A stretch of 56,704 nucleotides of DNA, taken from Perkinsus olseni (Eukaryota). A model generated the notes under the pieces. That model was given only the letters and a program-made list of their open reading frames with translations, did not search any database and had not been told where the DNA came from. Below are positions 21,806 through 35,033 of the stretch, piece by piece (within the stretch, counting starts at the first letter, position 1; each line of letters begins with the position of its first letter). The stretch spans positions 1 to 56,704 of the forward strand of contig JABANN010000178.1 in the NCBI GenBank assembly GCA_013115125.1. Reading direction: 5' to 3'. The position numbers and the translations under genes were made by a program.

Positions 21806-24134
21806 TCACATATCAATGATCTTCGACAGCTTCTGGATTCTATTCAGGAGAAGATCGCCCTGGACCGAAACCTCAGGTGCCTCCACCTTCGTTCAACTGT
21901 ACGTCCTACCTGTTTGATGATTTTCTGGTATTTTTCATTCCGCTCGTCCTGCACATTCGACTCAACCACACCATTCACTTTGTCGATCTTGCACGACAGC
22001 TTTCCCGAAGAGATGAATGACGAGAGCTCCCTAAAGCAACTGCCGTTGGGACAGCGACCACGAGGCGGCACTCACTCATCAATGAACTGGGGGGTAACAC
22101 CGAATGCATCGGCCATCATTCGCAAGGTCACAGTCTTGTAAGAAGCGAGGAATTGTCGATAGGCGTTCTGGAAAGAACAACAACAACAACAACAACATGT
22201 GCTCATCGCCGCGGCCAACACGTTTTACCAGTCTCATCTGACGGTTGAAGTATCTCAGATGAACACTCATATAGCGATTTCTCCGCACCAACTGGATGAC
22301 CCCGCCTGGAAATACCAACTTTTTCCCAACTCGGACGGTACGACATGTGTCTCACCGAAGGCCACGAAAAACTCCTTGTATCGTGAATCGTAGAGGCTTG
22401 TGAGGAACTCCCTCAGCGGCGGTAGATCGCCAACGACGGAGAGAACTTCGGGAGAAGTTTTCACTTGAGTCCTGACAGAGTGGTCCAATGCTCGATTCGG
22501 CAGTCGCCAGTGGTCGCCTACATGACAGTCTTCCGATCCGTGGCAACCATCGACGTGAGCACAGTATAGAAGATGTAGTCAGTAAAGGGCATGAGCTCAG
22601 TGGCGGTGAAGGTCTGAAGGGCCGATAAGAATTGGCCTGAGAGGAAGCAAGCTACTCTCCACTTTCTAAGGTCACACGTACCAGCCGCAGCCTCGAAGTC
22701 CCGAGTCATCATTTGATACCTGAAGGAACTCAGCCGATCAGATGTCGCGCTTTCCCTCGAGATTGCGAGGAGAGGGGGTGAAAAGCAAAAGCAATGGTAT
22801 GAGGGGTCCCCATTACGATTGAAATGCCGCAGCTGAGTGACGAGGAAGTCGTCAGCACTATGGTAGCCAAAACCGAAATACGAGTTGCACGCACGCACAA
22901 GATCAAACTCACAGGCCGTCATAAACCTTTAGCTTGTTGCGTCTCTCCCAGTCGCCTCCCTTGGACAGCTCGTTGTGTGCTCGATCAATGTTCTTCTTAC
23001 ACCCTTGAATGTCGTTCCTGAACACCAACCCAACTCCCCTCATACCAACACCAACTAGCGGACAACAACAACCCACCAGAAGATATTCATCCGGATCTGC
23101 GTGAGAATATTGTCCAACCTGGCCCCAACACCCACAGTGATCTTCAAAGCCTCCTCGAAAGCCTCCACAGCCTTCTCACGATCACCTAAAAAGTAAATTG
23201 CCAATACCAGCGGAGCGAAGCAGAACAAATGTGCTATGAAAAGTCTAGGAAGTTCCATGGATAGATTATTGACCGCTGGTTGCTCATAAAGAGTCCGAAA
23301 CAAATTCCCTTGAAACATCTTTTTTACAGCGGAGCGAAGCCCTCTTACCTATCCTGAGATAAAACTCTCCCTTGTTCAGGATGGCATCCCGCTGCTCGAT
23401 ATCGCCCAAATTCTCTTGCGCGTCTAAGAAATAACAAACGTTGACTCAACCATAATCGCTCGGATGATCGATTTGCCGAGATCAAATGACGACGATGACC
23501 CCGCCCAACCTTCAATGCTCAGCTCTAGTTTCTTGAGCTCTTCCTCATTTTTTGTTTCCATCTCGGCTACCTGAGACCATTCGAGGCCTCCTAACGATAA
23601 AACTGACCCGCTGTCAATATTACCAACTTCTCATCGGCCGCCCACCCAAACTCCTCACAAAGTTCCTTGTACCATACACTCTGGCCTGACAGAAGACGGC
23701 GGATCGAAGCGTTTCATTTTGTGCATTTTTCGATTGACTCGTGAAGTACTTTGCTCCCTGATCGCTTTCATGAGGTCTTCCTTAGCCGCATCCTTCTCCT
23801 GTCGAGAATAGACATCATCTTCGCATTGGAGTATGAACCTGATTCCGATCTTCAACCTCCTCCCACCACCCCGGTGTTTCCACCAGCATCTTTCGAGTGA
23901 TAGAATGGACACTCCCTCCCTCCTCTCTAACTACTATTCACAGTGACACTATGTAGTGACAACACACGGAAAATTCGCATCGAAAAACCTTCAACCATTC
24001 AAGTTCTTCGATTCGGGCATCGCCCCTCAATCGTTGCGGGGACGCAGGGTTCCGCACTACCTATCCTGCGCGTGTTTCATATTAGGGAGGGTCTTAGTGT
24101 CCTCCTCAGGCAGTCCAGCGGAGATGGCATCCAT
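21806..24134 (-). CDS. RPN7: 26S proteasome regulatory subunit RPN7 (PSMD6)
   Basis: Exons MDAISAGLPEEDTKTLPNMKHAQDR|FILQC..., GDREKAVEAF, FTATELMPF, YFNRQMRL|AYRQFLASYKTVTLRMMADAFGVT..F, ELSSFISSGKLSCKIDKVNGVVES, YQKIIKQ|GDLLLNRIQKLS. Confidence 0.93.
22176..22197. repeat. (AAC)n microsatellite in an RPN7 intron
   Basis: Run of AAC triplets visible in the sequence. Confidence 0.9.
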
Positions 24135-24251
24135 ATCTTAAGTAGAAGCACGAACACTACAGAAAAGCATTTCGCCCCTCAACCCAGGCACGTCGCGCGC
24201 CACAAAACTCGACAGCAGGCTGAGATGCAACGTGAATGAAACTGAGTAATT

Positions 24252-26217
24252 TCATTGTCCTTGTCTCTTCTTCCGCACTTCCACGATTTCCCGGATGTTA
24301 CTCCGAGTGTCCTCGAACAACGCAACCGACCGGCACGTCAGAGTGTCCGAGTAGTAGTCCTCAACGAAACTGAGAGCGATGGCTGGCAGGTATGGAATCA
24401 GTGATCGAAAATACCCGGAAATTTGAGACGCGTCTTCTGCCCGGATAATTTTCAGACCAACTCCTCGGTTTGCGAGATTCCTTAACCTATCGCATTTTAT
24501 TTTGATGGTAAATGCAAGCGACCCACGTTTTGAACAAGACGCCTGGCTGGCCGCAAGCTTCTCTATAGCAATTCTCGCGCGCCCTAAAACTTTACGATCA
24601 AGAACATGCCCGGCACTGGAATGGTGAAATCGCAAAAGGTGCTGGAGCTTCACGACCGAAAATATGTTCTCTCCCAAGAGTCCAAAGAGACCACGAGTAT
24701 TACCTCATGAAGGGAGCAGTACCACCGCCGCAGCCAAAATACAACTTCTTGCCCGCGAACAGGGCCACTCCGTTCTCAGGGTCGAGAAGGTCGATGAGCA
24801 TAGCGAGCAGAGGCTCGAAGGAGGTCTGCCTGCCAGAGAGACGAGAGCCATCATCATCGTACCACCATTTTTCGCTGACCAGGTCTACATAGAAAACGGC
24901 ATCCGCTGTATACGAAGAGATGGTTTTCAGAGACAAACAGTAGCCGGATTCCGTAAAGTCCCGTAGAAGTCCAGGCGAGTGGAAGAAATCTAACGGAAAT
25001 TTTAGAACACTTTCGAGATTCGTCGCAGTGATAAGTTATCACTGATAACCAAGAGCAAAAGGGAGAACTGCGAATTCGGGAAGGGGTTAATGCAAAGTCC
25101 TCGCGAGACGACTGTTACGGCGAAGACTCACGCATGAACGCAGGCGAATTAACGGGAGAAGTTGTGATGGCAACAACTGCCACGAGACAACTGCAGTACT
25201 TGTATATCCCTTCACTAGACAGTATCAAGCCAAACAGTCCAGCATCTCCCTTAAGCAGGCGGGTCAAGCCCTCACCCCACGCCCCTGTCACGTATCTGCT
25301 CACCATCAATAACCTTCCCTTAGGAGAAGAAGTGGATGCCTTACCGTGTCCTCTTGGCGGCTGATGCTGGTAGACGCCTGACGTTTTGGCTGGTGATGAG
25401 CTGCAGCACGGAGGGGTCGAGATCGTGTAAGTACGCGGTGGCATTAGGACTGTCGAGGAGAGCCTGTGCAGTTGAATGGAACGATAGCCGGTACATGGGA
25501 CTGTTGTTAGTACCGCTATTCCGGGCAGGGCATGGCCGCAGCCTAGCTCCAGCACCTTGGTAACCGGAGCTGGATGCTCATGGACGTATCTGAGATTAGG
25601 GACGGACATGTGGATCGCCTTGGGCAGGTGACAGGGAGTGAAACCAAGACGTCGGCGAGCGGTCAAGGAGGGCGTCGTTAGAAATACTGTGCCGAGTATG
25701 GGGTTCACTGTGAGTGTCCTCCGCCTTTTACGTTTTTACGGACGACCCGCAAGGGTGGCGAGAAACCGGAGCAAGATTTTCCAAGATCAACAGGCTACGT
25801 TGCATACTCCTACTCACGCGACGCTCTACCAGCAGCATAATTTTTCGTAATTTCATCGAAGACGAGCCGCGCACAAAATTTTCCCCCATGACAAAGCTGG
25901 CGAGATCGATCTCTCACGGAGCGTCATTTTGACGCCGATTCTTGCCCGTGCGGTGAAGAAAGGTTGGAATGCTCTAAGATACGCCTGGCATACCTTGCAA
26001 GATCGATGCTGCACTCCCATACGCGGAAGCCCGACTTGAGGTCGACATTGGAGTCAAAGTCCCCGGTGATCGAAGATACCACGTCGACCTTCAAATCTTC
26101 AGCCACTGCCACTGACCGGAATGAACCTAAGATACGCTTTCAGAGGTTTGAAGGCAACAATAAAAGATTACATGAATTGGAAGATCCCCTGGGGGCTACG
26201 AACCCACACACCGTCAT
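24252..26217 (-). CDS. METTL18/Hpm1-like protein-histidine methyltransferase
   Basis: SGFRVWECSIDLA, KVLELGCGHALPGI (motif I), YVTGAWG, LILSSEGIY, GVALFAGKKLYFGCGGG (family YFGxGGG motif), final exon SNIREIVEV ending at the stop at 24252. Confidence 0.8.
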
Positions 26218-26507
26218 TATTTTTGACTTTGACAGGTGAAAACGTTGAGAAAATACAAGTGAGAGCAAGATGAGCAAGTGACGAGTTGCTACTGCTGTCA
26301 GTGGCAGCAACAGAAGTTGTGTCGAATGGGACAGGTGGGTAGCCTTCTGTACTATATGTAGACTCCCTGCGGAAGGCCACCGTTGACCTTTCTTAATTAG
26401 AGCTCGAAGACCATCCACCTTCACGAGGTCTCAAGATCTTAGGATGGTCCTATAACGGAGTCGTCTGCGTGACTGCTTGTCGGCAGTCGTTTTCACTATT
26501 CCCAATA

Positions 26508-27346
26508 ATGTGCCGCGCCTGCGCTCGTTCCCAGCAGCTCCGCCTTCACCTTGACAGGGATGCACCGACGACCGACGCAGCGGCAGCATCCAAGTCCCGA
26601 CGCCCCTCAGTGGCCTCTGACTGCTCCTCAGTCGTTCCCAGCACCAAGGTAAGGTTCGCCCCATCTCTCTAGCACAATCACTGCCCCGTCCTCAGTCCTC
26701 GCCGACCGATCGTTCTACCGTGACCTCAACTCCCTGTTCTGCTGGGCCGAGCTCACCTCCCTCGACTACGACGAGGCCCCTCTGTGCGTACTTCAAGAAC
26801 GACAGATGCCGTATGGGGAACGCCTGCCGGTTCGCGCACTCGTTGAAGGAGCATAAGAACCCTCGACTGATTCTCATGAGGAGATTCCCTCAGTACCGCC
26901 AGCAGTCCCCGGTGCAAATGGTGAGTCTTGAAGATCTGTGGTCTCGGAGACGTTAGTCAATAACTTCTCAGGCCCCCTATGTAGCCCAGCCGCCGGTCAT
27001 GCCGAATCAGTGTTATGGCTACGTAGCTCCTCCTCCTGCTGTACAGGTATGCTAACACACGCCTCTTACGTTGAAGTCAGTCTTGTTGTCGTTCTCAGCA
27101 ACCCCAAGCAGAAGCAGCAGTGTTCCCTCTGGCCTCTCCTGGTGGTCCTATGACCGTGCCCGCGCCCCCGCCCCAGGTAGGATAGCCGATAAGTCGGGTC
27201 TGTCGTCACTTCACCGTTTCCAGATGTATTATTACTATCAGCCGACGGGTCAGGGAGCAGCTGCTCCGGTCTACTACGCCCCTATGATGGTCCAGCAGAG
27301 CCCAGAGCCCTCTGCCGCCGCCGCTCCTGTCATGGAGAATCAATAA
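26508..27346 (+). CDS. CCCH zinc-finger protein (paralogue 1)
   Basis: CAYFKNDRCRMGNACRFAH (C-x7-C-x5-C-x3-H) followed by Pro/Tyr/Gln-rich exons ending PVMENQ*. Confidence 0.8.
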
Positions 27347-28074
27347 TCTTGGCACCCGCTGGATGAAGACTTGCTACCCATCCCGCTGCCTACTAAGCGC
27401 ATATCAGCGTATCTCGATGAACGGAGGGGCACTGCGCTCACGACTCGAGGCTAGTTCCCTTATCCCAGGTGGGTCGAAGCTCTCCTCGATCCGTCTGTCA
27501 CTGGTCGTCGGTCATATTGGTTGTAGCATTCAGCATTTTCGCTGTTGTAATGTATTTTTCCGTACTGCTAGTTGTGACGCTAGCCACTGATCATCTCTCG
27601 GCCTGTTCCTGTTTTTACAACTATGCCGCTTCCTCTCGTGGATGTTCTGAGCGACGATAGGTGACTAAGTGAAGTATCTTTATGACGCCCGTGCGGGTGG
27701 TGAAAAAGCTTGATTACCGTAAATGTTGTTTTGACCTATTATTTCCTTTCTTCTGGACTCCGTATCATTTCCATACTTGGCGTCCTTGTCGTCATTTCCG
27801 TATCCGAGGTCGAGGCGCGTGCGACGTAGATGATGTTGGGAGCTTGCGAACAAGTTGCTGGACTGTTTGTCTCCCTTCATGGTATACCATTCTTACTGAT
27901 GATGATGTTATGATAAGTCTCGGCTGGACGAAGAAGGGGGCAAGAGGCATTCGCTTTTGCCTTTGTTACGTCGCGGTTCCCTCTCCCGCGATGGTGTTGT
28001 TCCGAGGAGAACTTCTTGTGTTGATCAATCAGCGGGGGGGGAGGACTGTCTGATGAGCCTTTCTCTCTTACCTG

Positions 28075-29637
28075 ATGTCCATCCCAACTGGCGTTTGCAG
28101 TGGCTCGGAGACAGCGGAGAGGCAACGAACAGGCGCGGATGGCCGAGGAGAGGTGGGATTTCGAATACTTGATGCAGCCTTTCCAGTGAGTTCGGTGGCA
28201 GGACTCGAAAGGGCGGAGTATTGCGGAAGGTGCAGCAGCCCAGAAGCCGCTATGTGGATATTATAAGAAGGACCGCTGTCGGCTAGGGCAGATGTGTCGG
28301 TGAGTAGCCCTCGGCCGAGGTCGGGATTTTGAGAACGTGTATTAGATTCGCCCACAGTCTGCACGAGCATGCTAATCCCCGCTTGATCACAATGAGGAGG
28401 GCCACGACCAGGTCGGCTAGAAGGAAGAGAGGATCGTCGAGTACAGCCAGCGTGACCAGCAGCTGCGATGCGGCGTCGACTGCCGATGTAAGTCTGCGGC
28501 TGGATTGCTGATTGTTCACAGCGGTCCTTTCAGGAATATACGACCAGCGCTGGTGATGTGTCGTCGGCGGTATTCGATGAGTCGGTGATAGCGTCCATTC
28601 CTGGGGACGAGTTTGGTGTTCCGGGATTTGGAGAGTCATCGCAGGCAATGACGATGGTAGTATATTGGGAGCTGGGGGGGGGTGGCGAGTCTTGTGGAGG
28701 GATGCCGCAAAGTGGAGCAGTTTAGGGACGTAATTTCGAACTTTTGGGCTGCTATGGCTGAGACTGGTTGAGGGTTTGCGATGTTGCCGATTCCAATTTC
28801 GCTGTCCATTTGTGATCAATCGTCGTTCACTGATAAATCCGGGAGTTGTGGCGTTTTTGCATTGCGTAGCTTAGTAAAGAGCACTCCATCCCTACAACAA
28901 CGCCAGTTGCGCTCTTCACGTTCCCCCACCACACTGTTGTTTCTGTCTGTGTGGGCTTAGCTCGCTTTGCCATTGATAATGACGTCAGGCTTGTCCGGGT
29001 TATTATATGACCAACGCTTGCTACTCGTCGACGTCTACCTGTGCAGCTGGTTGTTATGACATACCATCGTTCTCGATGGTTGAGCATGGCTTGTACATAC
29101 CTAGGCGAAGGGCAGAGGTACTTCTTACGGGGTTCGAGGGTCGATGAATCAACGTTACATCACTTTTGGATGATTCTGAGGCTAATTTTACTGAACCGCT
29201 TTGAAAATCGTGAGATGGTTTTTTGCTAAGCAAAGTTGCGGTTTTCTACCCTCACCATATCACAGCTTCGGATAACTGCTGTCATTGTGGTCTCTATCGT
29301 TCTCTAAAACACGCCGGAAATTGTATGCTGCTACCGGTCTATACTTCGCAGACTGCACAGCAAATTCGGAAATTATACAATTCCCGACGGCCACTTGAAC
29401 ATTTTGTGCTGGATCTATTACGCCGCTTGCTACTACGAGCTCCGATGTTCCCCCGCAGGTCGAGTCCTGCCCAGTGCGACCTCTACCCATTGAATGCAGT
29501 GATTCAAGGCGCCATGTAGGTTGGGGTGATTCATCCGTCGTCAACGCTTTCATTGTTTCTTTCAGCTACCTCCCTTCCCCTATGCGGCTACTGTTGAGGA
29601 GCTCGCTGCCTGCGCTCCCGACCACTATGAAGATTGA
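28075..29637 (+). CDS. CCCH zinc-finger protein (paralogue 2)
   Basis: CGYYKKDRCRLGQMCR|FAHSLHEHANPRLITMRR across intron 28300-28345; inferred last exon ...VEELAACAPDHYED* at 29637. Confidence 0.7.
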
Positions 29638-30361
29638 TTCACTCCGAAAAAAGTCTCTCGCCTCCTGGTTGCCCACAGCAGCAGTAGCGCTGAATTCCTG
29701 TCCAGAGGGACAGCAAGGGAAGCTCGTTTCCGTTGTTTCGTCTTGGCCTCCTGCGCTCCCTCGGACAGTCTGATGCTGATCTAAGATTATTGCATTAGTA
29801 TAGTATTATCTCTTGCGACGTCAAGGGTGTCCAGCCCCTCGATGGCGTTGTTGTCGGTTAAGTTAAGAGTAGCCAGTCTACTCGTTATTTATATCACAGA
29901 GTTTTTTAATCCTAGTGGCACTTGGTTGGCTGTCATGGTTCAGCAGCTAGTCCCATCGGACGACTGTATCGAATGGCTGTGGTGCCTTTCTGTGATGGGC
30001 ATTATTAACAGCAGCCCCCCTTCGAATTCACGATCTTGCGAGAAGGTCATTTCCCCACCAGTTTGTTGAGGAAATAGATGCTCCGTTCAAAGGGGAACTA
30101 GCCGACCCCTCGTGTCTCCTCATCTTCGGCATCACTGTCATCACCGCTGCTCAGTCATACTTAGCTACTTATCGTAGGCGTTGTGTTGGTCAATTACCGT
30201 CCTGTTGGTGAGTGTACATAGTGAGGATCTCCACAATCTGCCACAACCAGCGGAAAGAGCATCCAGGTTATGGGGCTTTCGAAGGGGTCGCCTCGCAAGC
30301 ATCGTTGCCAGAGCCGTACAGCTCCGGCCTCTCGTCAGATCTATTGTATCCCACATGTGTG

Positions 30362-32079
30362 ATGCTTCACACTGCGCTTGTCGTCGTCGTGGTGTCCCTG
30401 GCTGTGACTGTGGTGGACCCTTTGGAAAGAGGGAGTAAAAATTTGAAGGTGATGAGGGGCCCCGTTCTCTGATAGGTGAGCTTTGTCCGCTCTTCTGTCT
30501 TGTCTAGTTTATCGACGCGCTGGTCCTCACGAATCCGAATAGTACTTGTCGAACGCAACAGGAGGTTCACGGGAGGCTAGTAGCTCTTCGGCGTTTGTCA
30601 GCACACATCAGCCATGCAGACACTCAGGATCACAAAATGATTTTTGGACTGGAATTCTTACATATAGTCCTCGCGGCGGCGCTTTCGATTGGTTTCACTC
30701 ATGGTCTCGATGCGCCATTCAGCATTGACGCCCGTGCCAAATCCAAATCGTCCTTATGTCGTCAGCAGGGTTTTCGGTCCGGACCCTATTATACCTATTC
30801 TCCTCGGACATTCCTCACCAGACCTCCTTCGGTGAAAGTGGGTACTGAGACGCTTCTAGATCATGTTGGTGCATGGTGCTTGTGTGCTATGAATGGCCAC
30901 TGGCGAGTAGCGTATCTGCTCTTCCGGTAGCCTATAAGGCCCTCCCGACCTACCCGCTCTCAGGTCCATCACCGTTCAAAGCCTTATAGTCGTCCAGTAT
31001 CACAGACTGAGAAGGCTCGGGAGAACGAGATGACTGCTAAATTCTCACGACTCAGCGTTTCTCAAGTACCTCGGCAGGACTTGACCGACTTGGCAGTCGG
31101 GATGTCAGGTCTCGGATTCTCTCAAGTGCCCCAGAAGGAGCTGAGCGACTTGGCAACTGCATTGTCGAAGGTCGACATCGACGACAGCTGCTATCTGACC
31201 TGGCGGGAGACGTTGCAGCTCAGCAGTGATGGAGTCGGGTGCGATCTTTCGGAGTCTCCTTTCCGGCGAAGCGGGATGCAATAACCGTCGGGGCTCGCCG
31301 GGAATCGCGCAGTGAACCTTATCAACTCGACTGGGCCATGACGAGGTAAGCAGTTCTTAAGCCGTTGAATCACTCCCGCCTTCCCGCCGTGTGCTCTTCA
31401 GTACATGTTCTGTCCAGATGCGGAGGCGAAACCAGCTACTACGTCAATTTGAAGTACTTTATACCATCCAAATACGAAGGAAACGGTCTGGCCTGCAAGG
31501 ATGAGTTGGCGAGAAGAATTGAGGAGAGCCTTGGTACTCTCCTTCCCTCCGCGAAATAGGATGATCCAGTACGCCAGGGCCTCGAGAAACCCTCGGGGGA
31601 CATCTTATGGACAGTCACTTGTGCTTATGCTGAGTGCGACGGATGGGATTACAGGTTTGATGGAAAAGTAAGTATCGGCTGTGTCCAGATAGGAGAGTCG
31701 ACTTACAGCGGCGTAGCGGTATGCATTCGCACCACATTTCGAACAACTTGTCCAGACTCTCGCTTCGAATACTCAGGATGGGACAAGACGGTGAAGTTCA
31801 TGATCGCGGAGTTGAAAGTGGAGAGGGAATACAGCACGTAAACCGAGGGCATTGAGTTGCGAATGTGTCAATGCCGCACCGAAGTTCTTCGACTCTGTCA
31901 GGGAACATCCACAAGGAGACCCAATCCGTCACTCGAACCTGGCCGAGTTGAATAAGGCAGCATCGTTCGTTCTTGAGGTGGCAGTTGAAGCTCTCGGTGG
32001 TGGGGCCAGAGAAGGATCTAATTCGCCTCTGGCCCATCGTCTACACGCTGCTGTGCTCAAGAACGTCCCCTCCAAGTGA
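30362..32079 (+). pseudogene. Tandem secreted family, copy 1 (divergent, probably disrupted)
   Basis: Signal exon MLHTALVVVVVSLAVTVVD; exon 2 VHHRSKPYSRP...DDSCYLTW; core YYVNLKYFIPSKYEGNGLACKDELARRI with a premature TAG at 31557-31559; last exon HPQGDPIRHSNLAELN...VLKNVPSK*. Confidence 0.65.
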
Positions 32080-32659
32080 ATATCAGATTCCCTTGCCAAT
32101 ATCATGTTCCTGTTCGCTGTTCACTCCTGATGTGTGTCGCTGTGCCCCATGACTCCGTTCCGTTGTGGGCTACCCCTCATGATTCAAGGAATGCTCAGTG
32201 TCGAGGAAGCGATGGTCGTTGATTGCACATCGTACCGTATTCCGAGCATATGGCGATCAAGATGCTAGCAAGATCACGCAAGCGTTCGGAGTTCTCGCTA
32301 TTTCGCCGTACGAGATCATCACACTCACGGATAAAGACGGCGGTTTGGCGCTGTGGATCAGCGGAATCTTGAACGCTCGAGAAGTTTTGCCGACATTTCC
32401 GCTACATGAGACTTTTTGTTGTTGAAAAAGAATTTGGGCACAGAACGAGTGATGACACGCCTCAAGGCCACTAAGGAGAACTAATGGCGAGAGCTCAGGA
32501 TCCTGTTTTACAGCGTCGACAAGTCGTTGGGGTTGAGGCCTTCTTCGGATCATTCTGAATATGTGCTGTGGGTTCGAGTAGTGCGGAGTCCTCGAAGTAG
32601 CCATCGAGGTGGGGCCCCCCCCTCGGAGGGAGTCTCTGCCATTAGCGATTCACGCAGTT

Positions 32660-34665
32660 ATGGTTTCATTTTGTCATGCTTCGACCGTTGTGGTGGTATG
32701 GAGTGTGGTAACTGCTCTACAAGGAGGCCCCATTAGGGTGAGAAAGTGCTTCGGTTGCCGAGGGTCTCTCAGTTGAACTCGCCAACTCCGGGAGGAATTT
32801 TGAATGTTTCATGCGACCCTGGGCAGAACTCTCGGTCAACAGACACGTACCCCTCGGAACTGCATTATCACAAATATTCCCTAACGAACTTCGTATTATA
32901 AAGGTGCTGTCAAACTGGACGAATTATCGTCCCGCCACTGCGGGTCCGAGCGCTGCGGAATGGGAAGCCTCGACCTCAGTCGATCAACGCATTCTCTTCT
33001 CGAGCGACGGTGTTTGTCTGTAGCGCAAGAGGACTCGGAAAAAGCCGTACGATCGTCCAAGTGGACGTCGCCCTTTTCAAACTGCTCTGTCGAAGCTCAG
33101 AAGCCTGCAGGCTCAGTACGACCAGAGTGCTGCGATGTCGAACCTTGGATCGGGGACCCGGGACGCATGCTATTCGGCCTGGAAGGAACGCAACAATGTA
33201 GCGGTTTTTTGTTGATGCCTTGGCAGCCTTCTTTTCAGGCAAGCGAGGCGTCCGTCGGTGTGTCGGCGCGAAGGGAGTCTTCGAACGAGTCTTTCCACCT
33301 GGACTGTGTCAGCTTTCAGAGGAGGTGGGCGGCTCTAGGCATGGCGCTTCCGAAAGGAGGTTTTCTTTTAGATTTTACAATACGACGCCATACGACAAGT
33401 TTTCGGATCCCTTTCGAGAGTCCTTCTCTGAAGAGGGCAAGCTCGATAAGCTCAAGTAACGCGAGGGTTCTTGAGTATTGCTCAGTTGTTGCGTATTGAG
33501 GTACGTGGCCAAGTACTATGTGAACTTGAAGTACTTCATGACCTTGACCGAGCTCGAAAGCGGCAATGGCTCGACTTGCAAACAGCAGTTGGACATGACG
33601 ATCAAACGCGACTTCAGGGGATTATCGGTTTACAAGGGTTTTCCCGAGTATGACGTGGACCCAACGCACTTTGGCGAATACCGACTGGCGTTGAGGAGCT
33701 TCCAAAAGATCTCATCGAGCTACGTGGGAAGGCGTCAGGAGTTTTGGACACTTGATCAGGTGAGAGCCTGCCGGTCGCTCTGTTGTAGACTAAGCCGAAT
33801 CCAAAGCACGCGTAGTGAGTAGAGGTGAGAGGCTTCATGCGAGCTTATCTAACGATGATGTCTTGGTGATGCCCTCTAGCGTCACGAGGACGAAACCTTG
33901 AAATCTGAGACAATAGCGACAATCTCTACCCCGAGTAGCAGACATAGCCTGGTGTTGGGTCGGGGAACCCAACGAGCCGAAATGTATTTTTGATCGGAGA
34001 AAATATATACGTCGCGCTCAGCGGCTACTAGTAGCTGTTGCGTAACGGGGACAGTTGGCTGATACGATTGTGACAGGATTGCATACGAAAAGTGCACCAC
34101 CTTGACGTAGTCACAGTAGCAATGTGGCGAAAGGCCCTCACTGTAGTGAAGCAGGCCTGCAGGTGGCCGCTGACGATGACGAACTTCTTTACTCACTAGT
34201 AGATATGTTGAACGCCAGGCATTGGGTCGGGAAGAGTTGATGATGCATTGTTTCCTTTCCCAGGCGGTCTTTTGAACATTTTTCTTTCTGAGGGAATTCA
34301 CTTTCGCGAGAGTGTGATTCTTCAGGCCGGGACGAAGCGAGGCGTCGAACTGCGCCAATCGAAGGTGACGGGCAAGTTCATGGTCGCATCGCTCACTGTG
34401 ATCAGCCCTCACAATATGTGAGTTGGGAATGAGTCGGTATGGCTCCCCCCAGTTTGTCTGTCTCAGAACAACGCCCGACGACTATCCGATCGACTACGCG
34501 AATCTCGAGGTTCTGAACAAGAAGGCGTCGCCTGAGTTGACCAAGTCCCACGACGCTCTCAGTAGAGCGGCGAAGGGTATATTGACTGCGAAGCGGATGC
34601 TGCCTGGGGTCCACTCGGCCAAGCGCATACACGCGGTCCTACTTAAAGAGGTGGTCTCGAAGTGA
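32660..34665 (+). CDS. Tandem secreted family, copy 2
   Basis: MVSFCHASTVVVVWSVVTALQGGPIR| RKRTRKKPYDRP...DACYSAWK | ESFHLDCVSFQRR | YVAKYYVNLKYFM...TCKQQLD | RGVELRQ..MVASLTVISPH | YPIDYANLEVLN...LLKEVVSK*. Confidence 0.75.
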
Positions 34666-35033
34666 ATTGAGAAGGTGTCTGAGTGATGTTCGGTGATGGT
34701 CATGGTGTTTATCGTTGTGATTGATGATGATTCTGTTTTGTTCCTTAATAACGTTCACCTCTGAGCACGGTTAGTAGATGGGCGGCTGATTGGGTGGGAA
34801 CTCCCACCCGGCGAATGGTCATCGAGGCCCCCTCCGCAAAGGTTCGGCTGGCCACTCGGCTGCTAACAGAGAAACTCGAGGGTCGGAAGCCTTCTCAAAT
34901 CGCCGTAACCTCAATTGCGAACTCCTCAAATTGCCTTCTTCCAGTGTACGCGCTGTGAGGATCCTCACAGCGGAGGACCATCGGCTGCAACACAACCAAG
35001 CAGGTCCACCCTTCCCTCTGTCAGTCCGCAGTA

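Noticed and set aside
24252-24936. Minus-strand ORFs as a piggyBac-like transposase relic
   Set aside because: They are better explained as the last exons of the METTL18-like gene (YFGCGGG motif, terminal IREIV).
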